Source of the DNA: Amoebidium appalachense
Lineage: Eukaryota > Protista > Ichthyosporea
Length of the DNA: 64,000 nucleotides
Reading direction: 5' to 3'
Assembly (NCBI GenBank): GCA_963693365.1
Contig: CAVNZM010000007.1
Span: 4,833,962-4,897,961, forward strand
Both the position numbers and the translations under genes were made by a program. Positions 1 through 12,880 of the stretch are shown here, piece after piece; positions within the stretch are counted from its first letter, which is position 1; every line of letters starts with the position of its first letter. A model generated the notes under the pieces. That model made no database searches. It was not told where the DNA came from and saw only the letters and a program-made list of their open reading frames with translations.

Positions 1-131
1 TGGGTGATGATCATGATGGCAGGATTCTGTGACACTTTATAAACATAATCATGTACTTAGAGATATGCTGTGGACTGGTCTTGCTTGTTTCTCTAGTACA
101 GTAATATAATAAACGCGAAATGTTCATTCAG

Positions 132-743
132 TAATCGGTGACCTATCATTCCTTGTGCGCACTGCCAACAAGGTGTCCCAGATCAGTGATGCAGTGCATG
201 GACGTCGACGCACACCAAGGTAGGGTTGTAATTTGATACCCTGTGAGGGAGGCAATATATAAGCTCGTCACGGGTCAGCCAGTGTTTGTCAGTCCGTGTC
301 CGCTGATCTCCGCTGTCTGAGTGTGTAAGTCGTTTGCTGCTACCATGAGCCGACCCAGCCGCCGTCACCCCACGGACAAGCACACATGGGTTACAGTGCG
401 GTCGTTTGTGGTGTCCGTGGGTGGGCGCTATGTGCCCGACCACGAGCCTAACGACGTGCTTCTTGTGATCCATGCAGACGAGGCAGGTCAGTGCACAACC
501 TTCCCCACCCTCCCCTTCCCCCCTCGTTCAAACCAGCACGCCGTGCCACACGCCCCCAAAAATCCCTAGCTATGATGTGAGTTAAATCCTCAATCTGCCG
601 TCTCCCTTTCTTTGTTTCGCGCGTACCTCCCCCCTCCCCTTTCCCTCCCTTTCTCCAGGGCTCCCTAGGCCTCTCTTCTCCTCTTCTCCTATCTCTCTCC
701 CCCTCCTCTCCCCCTCCCTCCCTCCCTCCCTCCCTCCCTCCTT

Positions 744-829
<86 letters not shown>

Positions 830-1815
830 CCTCCCCCCCCCCCCCCCCCCCCTCCCTCCCTCTCCCTCCCTCCCTCTCCCCGAGCCCCCTCCCCCTCTCC
901 CCCTCCCCCCCCCCCCCCCCCGTCTATTGTCTTTGTCTCTTTCAGACTCTCTCTCCCTCGAACCCCCCCCCCCCCCCCCCCCCTTCCCCCTCATCCCCTC
1001 CCTCGCCCCTGCCTGCCCTGCTTCTCCGCACTGCCCAGCCTCCACCCAACCATTACATTTGTGCCCTTTTTTCCTCTTGGAAATACCACCCACTAACTCC
1101 TACATCCCACCTTCCAGACGAGCACCCCTGCCAGCTCTATGCTCCGCTTGCGCAGGCACACCACCAGCACAGGCAGACCAGCACATATCTGGGCACCACC
1201 CTGACTCTGGTTCTGGACTGCACGGCACTGACCAAGGACCTACCCAGTGAACTCTCCACCCTTGGCCTGGGCCCTGTGGCAAAACCCGTGCACAGGGTCG
1301 TTGAAAAGTTCAACCCACGGGGCTGCCTGCTGGTGGCACCCACCCCTACGGCGTGCCATGTTGCTGCAAAGCTACTCAGAGACCCCCTGTTTGCAGATAG
1401 GGTGGTAGGGGTGCTGCTTGTGCACCCAGAGTTTCAGCCTGGGTTTGTGCGGTCACAGCTAAGAACTACGGTCACTGATAGACCCACAGTGGCCGTGTTT
1501 AGTGGGAATAGTGAAGGTGGTGAGGGTGGGGAGAGTGAACAGAGCTTGACTTCGTTGGGTAGTGTGTGGCAAGATGCTTTTACAGATTTGCATAAGATGG
1601 TGGTTGTGAAGGGAGGATTGCTGGAGGGATACAAGACTTTGCAGGGTGTGGTGGGTGGTAGTGAGGCAGGTGATAAGGGGGAAGGGGAGGAAGAAACTGC
1701 GCAGGTAGCAGGTGAGGAGGAAGGGGAGGTGGGTGTGTACTTTAGTGAGGTGGTGTTCTTTTTGGATGCAAAGACGAAGCAGGTCGAGAGGGCAGTGAAG
1801 CCCCTGGTCTTGTAG
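132..1815 (+). CDS. 3' part of a spliced hypothetical protein gene (putative exons ~132-219, ~359-486, 1118-1815)
   Basis: The long terminal exon (…DEHPCQLYAPL…VERAVKPLVL*) follows a CAG acceptor at 1117. It is in phase with the upstream exon ending at GCAG|GTCAGT (486). The intervening intron is CT/C-repeat filled. No family recognised; the upstream exon boundaries are tentative. Confidence 0.6.
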
Positions 1816-2264
1816 CTGGTCTTTTGTAGACTTCGTAGGTAATATAGTTTTTCACAGAGGTGTACAGTAATACAAGTGGATAGCAGACAATAGGTACTGT
1901 ATGCGTACAGACTGAGCCTGCTCAGTTTGTGTGAATGGCGAGGGCCTGACATACACGCCAGCGATGTCCGACGACCGGACAGTGCTGTGGCCTGTACAAC
2001 CAACACATAACCAACGAACACACTGCATACACCACACCCCTTGTTCAGTATTTACTTCAACCCCTTTGCAATACAATACTACTAGGGGTATCTTTATTTA
2101 GGTTAAGCACCCGTTTTGGTGGCTCGGGCACAGCCCCTCGGGCCACCCATTCATATTAACAGCTGCTGGCCGGCTGAGTGCAGCATTCGACACAAACAGG
2201 GCACCAGACCGGCAGGCAGCAGGCAAGGCTCATCCTTCGGAAGCACACGGCTACAGCAATACGT

Positions 2265-3879
2265 CTAGTGCAGATCTGGGAGGGTGGAAAAACCAAGTCA
2301 GCAAGCATTACACCACGTGCCCATGGGCAGATCACCTGCCCAGCAATACATCAAGGCCAACCCATATTGTACTGCCCCTTCCACAAAGCGCACCTCCTCC
2401 TGCCCAGCCCCCCCCCCCCCCCCCCCCCACCCCTCTCCTCTTTCTCTGAGATCTCTCTCTCTCTCCCCCTCTCCCTTCCCCTCTAGCCCTACACCCCCCT
2501 GGACTGCTTCGCTCAAACCCCCTTTTGTATCAAGCTTCAGCCCCCTTCACGCACAACACAGGGTGTACGAGACACTTTCGTCGTCCCCAACTGTACCGCG
2601 CCACACGCACACGCACACGCACACCACACCCACACACAACACACACACACACACACAAATATTGGCAATCCCCGATAGTTGCCAAGCTTCCACAACCAAA
2701 CCTCTCAGCCCTAGTTCTTCAGCAAACCAGAGATGTAACAACCACCAGAACGGCCCATCCAGTCCAATGAAATAATGTACCCATACAAAAACTTTGCTCG
2801 GAGGTGGAGGAGGACGAGTGTGAAGAGGGGGGGGGGGGGGGGGGGGGGGGGGGGTACCATTCTTCCACTTGCACGAATTGAGAGCCTCCTGGAACTGTGT
2901 GCAGACGCTGGTGTCGCCCCTGTCACCACCACAAAGTCAGCAACAGTAAAAAACAAAAAAAAACTAATCAAAAAGGGGGAGACAAAAAATTTTTTTTTAA
3001 AAAAAAAGAGGTAAGCTGTGAGCATGACTGGCCCTTCACTACATACAGCAGTTGTGTTGGCCTACAACCAATCGCCGACATACACAAAAGGCAGCCACTC
3101 AAATGTATGTGTGCGGGTATGTGCGCACACCTCATGCCTGATGTTGAACCCAGCAAGTAGACACCCCATGTTTGCTACGCAACTTCCTAGCCGAATGAAA
3201 TCAAGTAACAGCCACAATAGCTCTCACAAAGCAGTTTCCGAACCGCCAACCCTTCCCCGCAACACATCGTGCCCACAACACACCCCCATTTTATCACACT
3301 AAGGGTACGTACTGGCTCGACTCGAGGCAGCGCATAAACTGCTGGAACTCGTAGGCACACGGCCCGGTGGCCTGTGACTGTGCCGCAACGGGTGTGGGGG
3401 CATATGCAGGCTGAGCAGGGGCGGCAGCAGGCTGAGGGGCGGGTGCTGGCTCACTGCCGCCAAACATGGAGCCGACAACACCAGTGATAGCATGACCCTG
3501 CAGGGCAGAGAGGTCAGAAGGGTGAAGGTAGAAGACACAAAAAGAGCAGCTTGTCTCGTGCGTGTGTGTGTGTGTGTGCTTATGTGTCTGTGCGTGCGTG
3601 CAGCGGGTGTATGCGTGTGTGTGTGTCGCGCGCATACGTGCATGTGCACACGTGTGTGTGTGTCTGTCTGTGTGTGTGTGTGTGCGCGCACGCGCAAAAA
3701 GAGCAAACCAGCGCCCCGGCTCACCAGCATGTTCATATCACAGACATGTACACAACAACGAAAAAGCGAAGATATTTCTCAAAACAATGTTGGTATCTTG
3801 AAGTAGGGGTTAAATAAGTCTTCCCTCCCTCCCTCTCTCCCCCTCCCCCCCCCTCCCTCCCGCGCCCCTTCTCTCTTCC

Positions 3880-3925
<46 letters not shown>

Positions 3926-5014
3926 AAAAAAAAAAAAAAAACCTTTTCCTCTCACACAATGCCTGCTATCTTTTATAATCCGTGCTAGCCAAAATTTCTG
4001 CAGGCGCTCTAATTTCAACTACGGGTGCTGGCAGTCCACATACCACTGTGTGGCCGATGGCAACACCAGCAGCAGTGGAGGCGATGTTTGCAATCAGGCC
4101 AGGACCCTGTGACGGTGCCTGCATCATGGGGGCGGCGGGGGCAGCTGCAGGGTGGCTGTGTCAGTGGGTGTGGCCTTCACACACAAACAGAAGAGAGCAA
4201 AGCACAGCACCTTAAAGCATACAGAAAACCTATTCATGAAAATTAACTATATCTCATGCGCACGCCAATTGGCAGGACCAGGCAAGTGCATCAATCTGGC
4301 TACCTCTGCGGCTTCTTAGCACGCCACTCAATAACCTCAATATAATGTCTACCCAAAAAATAAGTTCAAGCACGCACGTAACAGGGACATGTTTGCAGAG
4401 GCCCACTCACCCATGGGCACAGGGGCAGCCTGGGGGGCCATAGCGGGGGCATGAGAAGCGGGGGCCGCAGCAGGTGCGGGGGCGTGTGCCGGGGCTGCGT
4501 GTGCTGCTGGGGCAGCCGCTGGGGCAGCCGCTGGGGCTGGGGCAGCCGCTGGCCTCTGGGCAGGTGCCGACACGGGCTCTGGGGCAAAGGTAAGTCAACA
4601 CAACCCAAGCGCAAATTGCCAAGTTTTCGGGGCAAAATGCAGCAGGCCACGAAACACACCAAACTGGCCGCTTCAGTAAAAGATCTTACACCCGATAGCC
4701 AGAGAACTCAGAGTCGTTAAAGAAGCAACGTTGGTTGTGAAAAAGGCAGACACAAGCAAGACAAAGACGTGTCGAAGATGAGGTAACAGTGGAGAGAGTC
4801 CATGCTCTTTAATTTGGTTTGTCAAACAAAACGGTGCTGCTTGCCTCTGAGAAAAAATAAACACCCCCGCACACCTTCCCATCCTTAGTATCGCATAAGC
4901 GTACCAGCAACACACGCTCACAAGCGGATGTGGTAACTTACGAGCTGAGCGCGCGGGGGCAGGGGCCCGGCGACCAGCTGGGGCACCAGAGCTGCTTCTA
5001 CCGCTGCGTGCCAT
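2265..5014 (-). CDS. CHCHD2: CHCHD2/CHCHD10 (Mix17-like) mitochondrial twin CX9C protein; exons 4942-5014, 4411-4578, 4044-4155, 3313-3497, 2858-2919, 2265-2275
   Basis: The spliced product has an Arg/Ser-rich N-terminus (MARSGRSSSG…), an Ala/Pro-rich linker, the conserved hydrophobic motif GPGLIANIASTAAGVAIGHTVGHAITG and twin CX9C motifs (CAYEFQQFMRC…CTQFQEALNSC). All junctions are GT-AG and in phase. Confidence 0.92.
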
Positions 5015-5388
5015 TTTTTATGCGTAATATCGCGTATAATCTGCACGGGAATCACGGTAAGTATGGAACATATGTCGTGTATGGTCTCTAACTCTTTTAC
5101 GCTACGTCCTTTCAGCAAAAGGCGACACCAACCTTGCACCCAAACTCTCCGATTTACTTTAACCCTTCCACAACCAACTATAATCTACACCTAGAACCTC
5201 GTCCTTCCAACATCTACAAGTGAGCTTCCTGCTCTCTTCAAAAACAAGCAAACACCCACTTAACACCCACACACTGAAGATCAAACGCGTACCTCGTACA
5301 ACCCTTTCTGTTCTACCCACCGAGCAAGACTTGGCCTTTTGTGACACTGAAAGGCGCAGGCCAAGCATGTGGCTGTCTTGGGCCACGG

Positions 5389-5440
5389 CACGTCACGTGA
5401 CGTCCTGTGGCATGAGTGGTGGAAATGGCAGCCAATCAGA
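5389..5440. promoter_or_regulatory. Candidate promoter motifs upstream of CHCHD2 (overlapping E-box/CRE-like CACGTCACGTGACGTC; CCAAT box)
   Basis: Motifs seen ~380-430 bp upstream of the ATG. Function is inferred only. Confidence 0.35.
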
Positions 5441-6348
5441 TCATTTAACCCGCCCTGACCTAATTCCCCTAGACTACAAATGTAAATAAATTCTTCCTGA
5501 AAATAAAATTTTTGAACCAACACTTCTTCGTATCTTATACTATAGATCTATAATTAAAGGCTTTTTTATCATATTATAGAATATTGATATTCACTTTTAG
5601 ATAACTTAATAAAATTTTAATCACTATTACTGTATTAGGTAGCTTATTGGCTTACATGGCGATGTGGAATTGGAAAGCAACCAAAGCAATTGCCACATTT
5701 TCCAGACTCCGGCCCCCATACAAAAAGTGGTAGGGGAACTTTCGACGTCACTACAATAGCCAATCACATTTTTCCAGAGCCGATGGCGGATTTTGCAAAA
5801 TTTGCCCGCTCAGTGTCCTTTCATGCCAGCGTACTCAGGTCGCCCTGGATAACCGGACTAATTATAAAAACAAGCTATTATACCGTCTATGTATAAGCGC
5901 TAATATTTCATATAGGTAAAATTTTTTTGACTTGTGACTAAATGAAAAATGGAAGTGTAAATAGATAGGGCAAGGCTCTTGCCGGTACCTGTGTTCCGGA
6001 AAGTTACATCTCGATTGTCTGGCAAAATGACTGCATGACTTTTATTCAATCTCCGCTAGGCATTTGGGCAGACAAATTCAAACGGAGGAGGCTCTTGCCA
6101 GCAAACATGTGACAAGGAGGGGAGGAAGGAACGGGAGGGAAGGAAAGAGAGAGAAAGAAGTAGAAATCAGAGGGCAGAGGGGGTGTGGGGATAAGAGGTG
6201 ACGGTGTGTGTGTACGTTTACCTGTGTGTGTGTGTGCCTGTGTGTGTGCCTGTCACTGATGCGTGCTGGATCTGTGTGCGTGTCGTGTGTGTGTGCGTGT
6301 GGGTGGGTGGGTGGGTGGGTGTGTATATGTGTGTAGGTGTAGGTGTGT

Positions 6349-6403
<55 letters not shown>

Positions 6404-6613
6404 CGGGGTGTGACGGGGTGTTTGTGTCAGGTGTGTGTGCGTGGGGGTGTGTGGGTGTGCCAAATTTGTGTGTGTCACGGTGTGTGGGTATGTGTGTGTG
6501 TGTGGCAGCCTTGAGAGGGGCGGGAGTGGGCGAGGGGGGGAGGAGGGGGAGGGATTGGGGGAGTTGGGGGCCGGGGGGGGGGGGGGGTGACAGAGTGGGG
6601 GCCGGGGGGGGGG

Positions 6614-6695
<82 letters not shown>

Positions 6696-7547
6696 TAGAG
6701 CTCGAGAGAAGGAAAGAGGTGGCGGCGGGGGAATGTGGGGGGTGGTAGTGGTGGTGATGGTGGGGGGGAGGGGAGGGGGGGGGGGGGGAGGGGGGGGGAG
6801 ACAGAGTTCGAGCTAGCCAGAGACAGGGAGTGAGGGAGGCAGGCAAGCAGAAGAAGCCTTCGGAAAGGTCTGGGAAAGTCATGTAACGGGAAAGGCAGAG
6901 GGGAAGGGGGCGAGGTGGGGTAGGGGTCAGTTACGTAAGGAAAAAAATGGGGGGAGGGGGGGGGGGGGGGGGGGGGGGGGGATTGGGGGGGGAAAAAGGA
7001 GAGAGATGGAACGACAGAGCCTAGTAGAGGGAGAGATTGTGAAGAATCACAGTTGTGTGTGTTTGTGTGTGACAGAGAGAGGCCAGCGGGCCAGGGAGGG
7101 AGTTTGTGAGAGGGAGAGAGATTACGTATGTGTGTGCACCGTGTGTGTATGCGTGTGTGTTTCAAATTGATTTGTGTGTACTATATAGCTAGTAAGGGGT
7201 GTTTTGGGGGAAATTTTGAAGGCTTACAGTAATCCCCTCCCCCCTCCCCACAACCCCCGGAAGCCCACGACGTCCTATACTTCCTCCTCCTCCCCCTACC
7301 CCCCAACCCCTTCCCCCCCACACACACACACACAAACGTGGATGCGCGTGTACACGCGTTGGCTGCGGGCACTGAGAGGCACACATACACACAAACACAC
7401 ACGTGCGCTGGCACACACACGCACACACACACACACACAGAAGAACACTGTGGCAAATACTCACCAGCTCTCAGTGACCCGCCGTAGTCAGTTGCTCACT
7501 AATATAGCTCACTTACACACACACGGGTGTGTGTGCCCCCACACACG

Positions 7548-7582
<35 letters not shown>

Positions 7583-7745
7583 ATGATACGTCACGAGTCA
7601 AGCAGAAAAATAGAAGTCCTTTTTGAATTCGGACCGGGCTGTGAATATATATTTCACTCACCCTTGACGCACCATGAACAAATGCTGAAGCACACAAGCA
7701 ACTCGGATGACTCCTGAGGCCACACACTTTCTCTATACACGAAGC

Positions 7746-7830
7746 GCGACCGTGGCTTAGTGGTCAAGGCGCTCGGACTACGACGTTGTGGTCCTTCAGT
7801 GTGCTGGTTCGATTCTGGCTGCCTGGCCCT
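7746..7830 (+). mobile_element. tRNA-derived (Arg-ACG-like) Pol III head: SINE or tRNA pseudogene
   Basis: A-box TGGCTTAGTGG, D-arm, a CT-ACG-A anticodon-like loop, and B-box GGTTCGATTC inside a GCTGG/CTGGC T-stem. The acceptor and anticodon stems do not pair, so this is not a functional tRNA. Confidence 0.6.
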
Positions 7831-9010
7831 CCCCACTATTCAAATGGGTAAGCCGTGACGTCACGAACTGCACTGGCCTCTCTGACGTCATCTCGATAAC
7901 GCGCTACGGAGGTTTTTCATCCGACGGCATCCAGTGGCCATGGATCGAGCGTCGTAGTTCCGGGCCAAGATCTGCGATAGCCTCTCCGGGGGCACGGTCT
8001 TCCTCTGGCCTGGCCCCACGGTGTGTCACAACATTAAGGTGTCCCCGGCAAAACAGGCAGTTGATTCCCGCCGCAGCACTAATCATTGGGGCCCATGCGA
8101 TTGCAAATTTGACCGAGATCTATTTTTTTTTTTTTTAGGCGTCATATCCTTCGAATTCGGCCCCCCCACGCGCAGCATGGCACAGCACCCCTTGTCAGGG
8201 TGCTTTTGTCCCGGGGATGGGCCTTGGCTCCTTATTTTTCCTCACACATTCAGCGAACACTAGTGACTCTATCGAACCGTCGAGGCGCCGCGACAGAAAG
8301 CATGCACGCGGTCGCGAGAGTGTAAGAAAAATCAAACCCGCCTGCAGCAAACGTAAAGTTCATCGCAGCGCGTGCACACCGTCAGTACGTGTGAGGGGAT
8401 GGGCCACCCTTACAGTACAAATGAGGGGAAAACCACGCCCAACCAATGCCATCTTAACAGAAAACCATCCATTGTAGTTGATAGATTCTGAAGCAAGAAA
8501 TACTGCCGCGATACTCCTTGGAAGCGAGTAACATGCTACAACTTGTCAAGATGAGCACGTGAACCTCCCGTTGTTAAACCGTTCATATACTTAAACAACA
8601 GGGTAGTCTCCAATGCAAAGGTTTCCAGGTCAGTGGGAACATTTCTGCCCGGGGGAGGGGGGGAGAGGGGGAGGGGTGTTGGGGGGCGGATCCGGGGGGA
8701 AGGGGGGGGGGGGAGGGGGAGGGGGAGGGGGGGATAGGATAATCTTGATCGTGATTACTAGGTATTTGAATGGTATAATGCACAATACAGTAAGTACATG
8801 TACTAGACATGTACTAGTAGACTTGTCTCGGGTGGCAAGGCTGGGGCAAAGTGTGTACTAATATGTATACGTAGTTAGGATTGATAAAGGAATGCACCAT
8901 TATCCACACCCTGATAGGGTACAGTCTGTGCCGCAGGCTGAGTGGCAGACGGTATTGTTTTCTTGTTAGGAAGCCCTAAGTGGCTCATACGGGGACAAAA
9001 GTGGAACTAC

Positions 9011-9048
<38 letters not shown>

Positions 9049-9112
9049 CATGGCAATTGATGGCCCAGTTGGATCCATTCTACTACATATATTCAGTATT
9101 TTCTTAAAGTTT

Positions 9113-9143
<31 letters not shown>

Positions 9144-9163
9144 GGAAAGGGAGGAGAGGGCGG

Positions 9164-9194
<31 letters not shown>

Positions 9195-9879
9195 TGAGGG
9201 AGATGGGGGGGGGGGGGGGGGGAGAAGGGAGGGTGGGAGGGAGGGGGGGGGGGGGGGGGGGGGGAGGGGGAGAGAGAGAGAGAGAGCCTGAGTGAGAGAG
9301 ATAAAGGGAGAGATTGACGAAGACACGGAGAGAGAAGGGGTACCGGTAGGGTGGGGGAAGGGGGGGGGGGGGGGGGGGGGGGGGGGGAGAGGGGGGGGGG
9401 GGGACGGAGGGAAGAAGGGAGCGAGGGACTCCTCCGGGAGGGCTCTCGGAAAATCACCCACATGGAACGGGGCAGCGGGGTTACATGTAACCTGAGATCA
9501 GTGGAACACAGTCTGATATCATTGGACTAAGTGTGGGTACTAAATATATTACTGTACTGCGCACATCAGTACAGGGGTCATTCAGGTATAAGATAATTAG
9601 TGCTTAGATTTTTTGAAAAGATTAAGATTCTAGGGGCTACCGAGGCTGGGGGAAAGATAAGGCAACGGGGAGGGGGCCAAGGGGCCGGGGGGGGGGGGGG
9701 GGGGGGGGGGGGATTTGGAAGGGGGACTGTGGCTGTTGTGACTTAGTCTAGTATTAATATTAATAATCTGTGCACAAGAAAAGCCCTTGTGTGCAGCAGA
9801 TAATATTTCTTTTGTGATTAGCTTGAAGCCCTCCGGAAGCATTTGCTTCGTGACCGATCAACAGACAGAAATATCAATG

Positions 9880-9924
<45 letters not shown>

Positions 9925-10113
9925 CGCGCGCGCGTGTGTGTGTGTGTGTCACGGTGTGTGTGTGTGTATGTGTGTGTGTGTATGTGTGTGTGTGTCACGG
10001 TGTGTGTGTGGGTGGGTGGGTGGGTGTGGGTGGGTGGGTGGGTGGGTGGGTGGGTGGGTGTGGGTGGGTGGGTGGGTGAGTGAGTGTCCTGTCCATGTGT
10101 ATGTCACGGTCTT

Positions 10114-10146
<33 letters not shown>

Positions 10147-10261
10147 CACGGTGTGTGCGAGTGTGTGCAACCGGCTACGAAAACATGTAACGGTTTACAT
10201 TAATGGGCCCACGGTGCCCCAGACATGTGCCTTGATCAATACTTCCTGGTTCTATGCGCCT

Positions 10262-10489
10262 TTCTGTGCGAAAATGTGTGCATATATCTGTTTGTATAGT
10301 TGGATTTGATCACGGTTCGTTTGTCACTGGGTGTGTTTGTGTATGTGTGGTCAATGTGTATGTGCTTGTGTGTGTATCACAATGTGTGACGGTGTGTGTG
10401 TGTGTGTGTGTGTGTGCGTGCGTGCGTGTGTATGTGTGTGTGTGCGTGTGTGTGTGCCCGTGTCACGGTGCAGGGTGTGTGTGTGCCCC

Positions 10490-10540
<51 letters not shown>

Positions 10541-10573
10541 CTCGCCCAGCCCAGAAAAAGGAACCACAGGACA

Positions 10574-10618
<45 letters not shown>

Positions 10619-10873
10619 CTGGGGGCCGTGCGAAAATGTGTGCATGTGTCTCTGTGTACGTTTGGATTTTGTGTTCGGTTTGTCACTGGGTGTGTTTGTG
10701 TGTGTGTGGTGTGCGTGTTTGTGCACGTGCATGTATCACAATGTGTGTGAGGTGTTTGTGTGTGTGGCTCCGTGTCACGGTGCACGGTGTCACGGCGTTC
10801 CGTGTGTGACCCCCCCCCCCCCCCCCCCCTGTCCTGTGGGTCCCTTTTCTGGGCTGCGGGAGTTTTTAGTATT

Positions 10874-10919
<46 letters not shown>

Positions 10920-11260
10920 TTTGGGGGGGGGGGAGGGGGAGGGGGGCAGCTGCGCGAAAATGTGTGCATGTGTCTGTGTGTGCATTTGGATTTTGTGTTC
11001 GTTTGTCCCTGGGTGTGTTTGTGTGTGTGGTGTGTGTGTGTGTGTGTGCACCTGTGTATTACAATGTGTGTGTGTGTGTGTGTGTGTCCATAACACGGTG
11101 CACGGTATGTGTGTGTGTGCGCCCCTCCCCCCCCTCCCCCCTCCCAACCACCACAAAACAAAACAAAACAAATCAAAAAAAAAATAATTTTTAAAAAAAA
11201 TAAAAAGCTTGAAAAATAAAAAAACCCGCAGCCCATAGAAAGGACCCACAGGGCAAGGGT
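10262..11260. repeat. Complex repeat: three ~330-360 bp direct units plus an internal ~35 bp motif in both orientations
   Basis: GCGAAAATGTGTGCAT…TGGATTT recurs at ~10268, ~10630 and ~10954. CAGCCCA…GGA(A/C)CCACAGG occurs at ~10546 and ~11229, with its reverse complement at ~10826-10860. Confidence 0.75.
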
Positions 11261-11902
11261 GTGGGTGGGTGAGTGGGTGGGTGGGTTTGGGGGGGGGAGG
11301 GGGGGGGGGGGAGGTGGGGGGGGAGGGGGGAGGGTGGAGGGGGGAGAGTAAGATAATGAACCTTACGGCCGAGAAACCTTAATATTTTAGACCCTAAACC
11401 GTATTAACCTGTTTTCTATTCTAAAAAGTGAGTGACCCCTGTATGTGCACATCCCAGCACATCCTGGCATGCACAGACATATAATTGTAGCAACACGGTG
11501 CCACGCCATCATAATGAACTCAGATTTTTTTCCTTGAAATAGATTGCACCATTTATTGTGGTGTCCAGCACCATTCAATTTGGTATAATATTAGAACTTC
11601 GTTGCCGCCTGGTAGCAAACGGTCGTGCAACTTCATTACATGCTTCAATTGGATACACATTTGTACATGGTCTTTCGAAAATTTCAGCCTTGTGTAACTC
11701 TTAATTGAGGCACCTACATACATAACTATTCCAATCCGAGTCTCCGACTATATATCGGATAGTATAAATATTTTGAGTCTATCCAACTTACTTACGGTCC
11801 AAGAAGCTCGATCATCACCGAAAGGCTTCTGCTACATACTGGCAGCTGCCGTGTCATTTTTTTTTACATAGCTTCTAATTTCTGTTCTAAGTAATTATCG
11901 CT

Positions 11903-12880
11903 TCATGCGGCAGGTTGGGGCCCGCCCTGCCTGTATCTGTCTGCCTCCTCCAGCAGCGACTGGATGTGTCTGACCGTGGCTTTGCGCTGCTGCCGCACAC
12001 GCACCTGGCCGTACGTTGGGATGTCGTCCGTCCTGAGGATCAGCTTCTCCAGCGTGTCCACATAGCCCAGCAGAGCATAGCGCACCTTGCCCCGTAAGTC
12101 ATGCACCGGCTGCCTGAACACTTTGTCGTAAAACTCTGCGCGAAGTGCGTCTGCCTCGGCCACTATGCCGCTGAGCTTTTGTATTTGCCCCAGGGCTCTG
12201 GCCGTTGTTTTTTGGGTGGCCACCTTGCGCACTGCCCGTGTGATGACTCGTGCCGCCGCATCCCTCCTGTCCGCACCAGTGGTGGCTGCGGTGGGATCGG
12301 GCATGGCTGTGTCCCTCTGTGCCTGCACACCACGCCACCATCGTTGGATGGTCGCGGCTGCTTGGCGTCGCCTGCGCCGCTCAGCTTTGGTTGGACGGGG
12401 ATTGCGAAGTTTTGACTGTGTCTGGTGGTTCGTTGTGTGCATGGGTTGGGTTGCTTCCTTTGCGGCCGGGGTTGAAGCTGGGGTGTCAGGCGCAACGTCC
12501 ATTGGTGTAGGATGGTCCTCAGGGGGCATATCCACATGTGCATTCATGTGTGCCGAATGTGGCGACATGTGTTTGAGCAGCTGCTCCAAGTAGCATTGCC
12601 TCTGTGCCTGCTCGAACTCTTCCCTCTGTCTCTGTGCCTGCTCGAACTCTGCCCTCCGCCTCTGATCAAGCTCAGCCTGCTCCCTCACCCTCATGGCTTG
12701 CACGTATGCCCGCTGCTGCCTGTCGTGGTGGCTGGGCCGCCCGTACGCTGGCTGCGAGAAGGACGGGCCAAAAGGGGACCCATACATGTCGTCTTCGGCC
12801 TTATAGCGTGGGTAGCGGTTGCCATAGTGTGGGCGTGCAGTTGGATGCACAAAATATGGGTTTTCAAACAAGAAACTCAT
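11903..12880 (-). CDS. Intronless BAG-domain Hsp70 co-chaperone with IQ calmodulin-binding motif(s)
   Basis: 325-aa ORF with the IQ motif AAATIQRWWRGVQAQR and a second IQ-like AARVITRAVRK. The C-terminal three-helix BAG-like region reads …TLEKLILRTDDIPTYGQVRVRQQRKATVRHIQSLLEEAD. Confidence 0.8.
   Translation of the reverse strand: MSFLFENPYFVHPTARPHYGNRYPRYKAEDDMYGSPFGPSFSQPAYGRPSHHDRQQRAYVQAMRVREQAELDQRRRAEFEQAQRQREEFEQAQRQCYLEQLLKHMSPHSAHMNAHVDMPPEDHPTPMDVAPDTPASTPAAKEATQPMHTTNHQTQSKLRNPRPTKAERRRRRQAAATIQRWWRGVQAQRDTAMPDPTAATTGADRRDAAARVITRAVRKVATQKTTARALGQIQKLSGIVAEADALRAEFYDKVFRQPVHDLRGKVRYALLGYVDTLEKLILRTDDIPTYGQVRVRQQRKATVRHIQSLLEEADRYRQGGPQPAA

Noticed and set aside
183-358. In-frame TGA codons (234, 318) suggesting selenocysteine or Trp recoding in gene 1
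   Set aside because: An in-phase GT-AG intron (220-358) removes them, and no SECIS or selenoprotein motif was recognised.
7746-7830. Functional tRNA-Arg(ACG)
   Set aside because: The acceptor and anticodon stems cannot pair.
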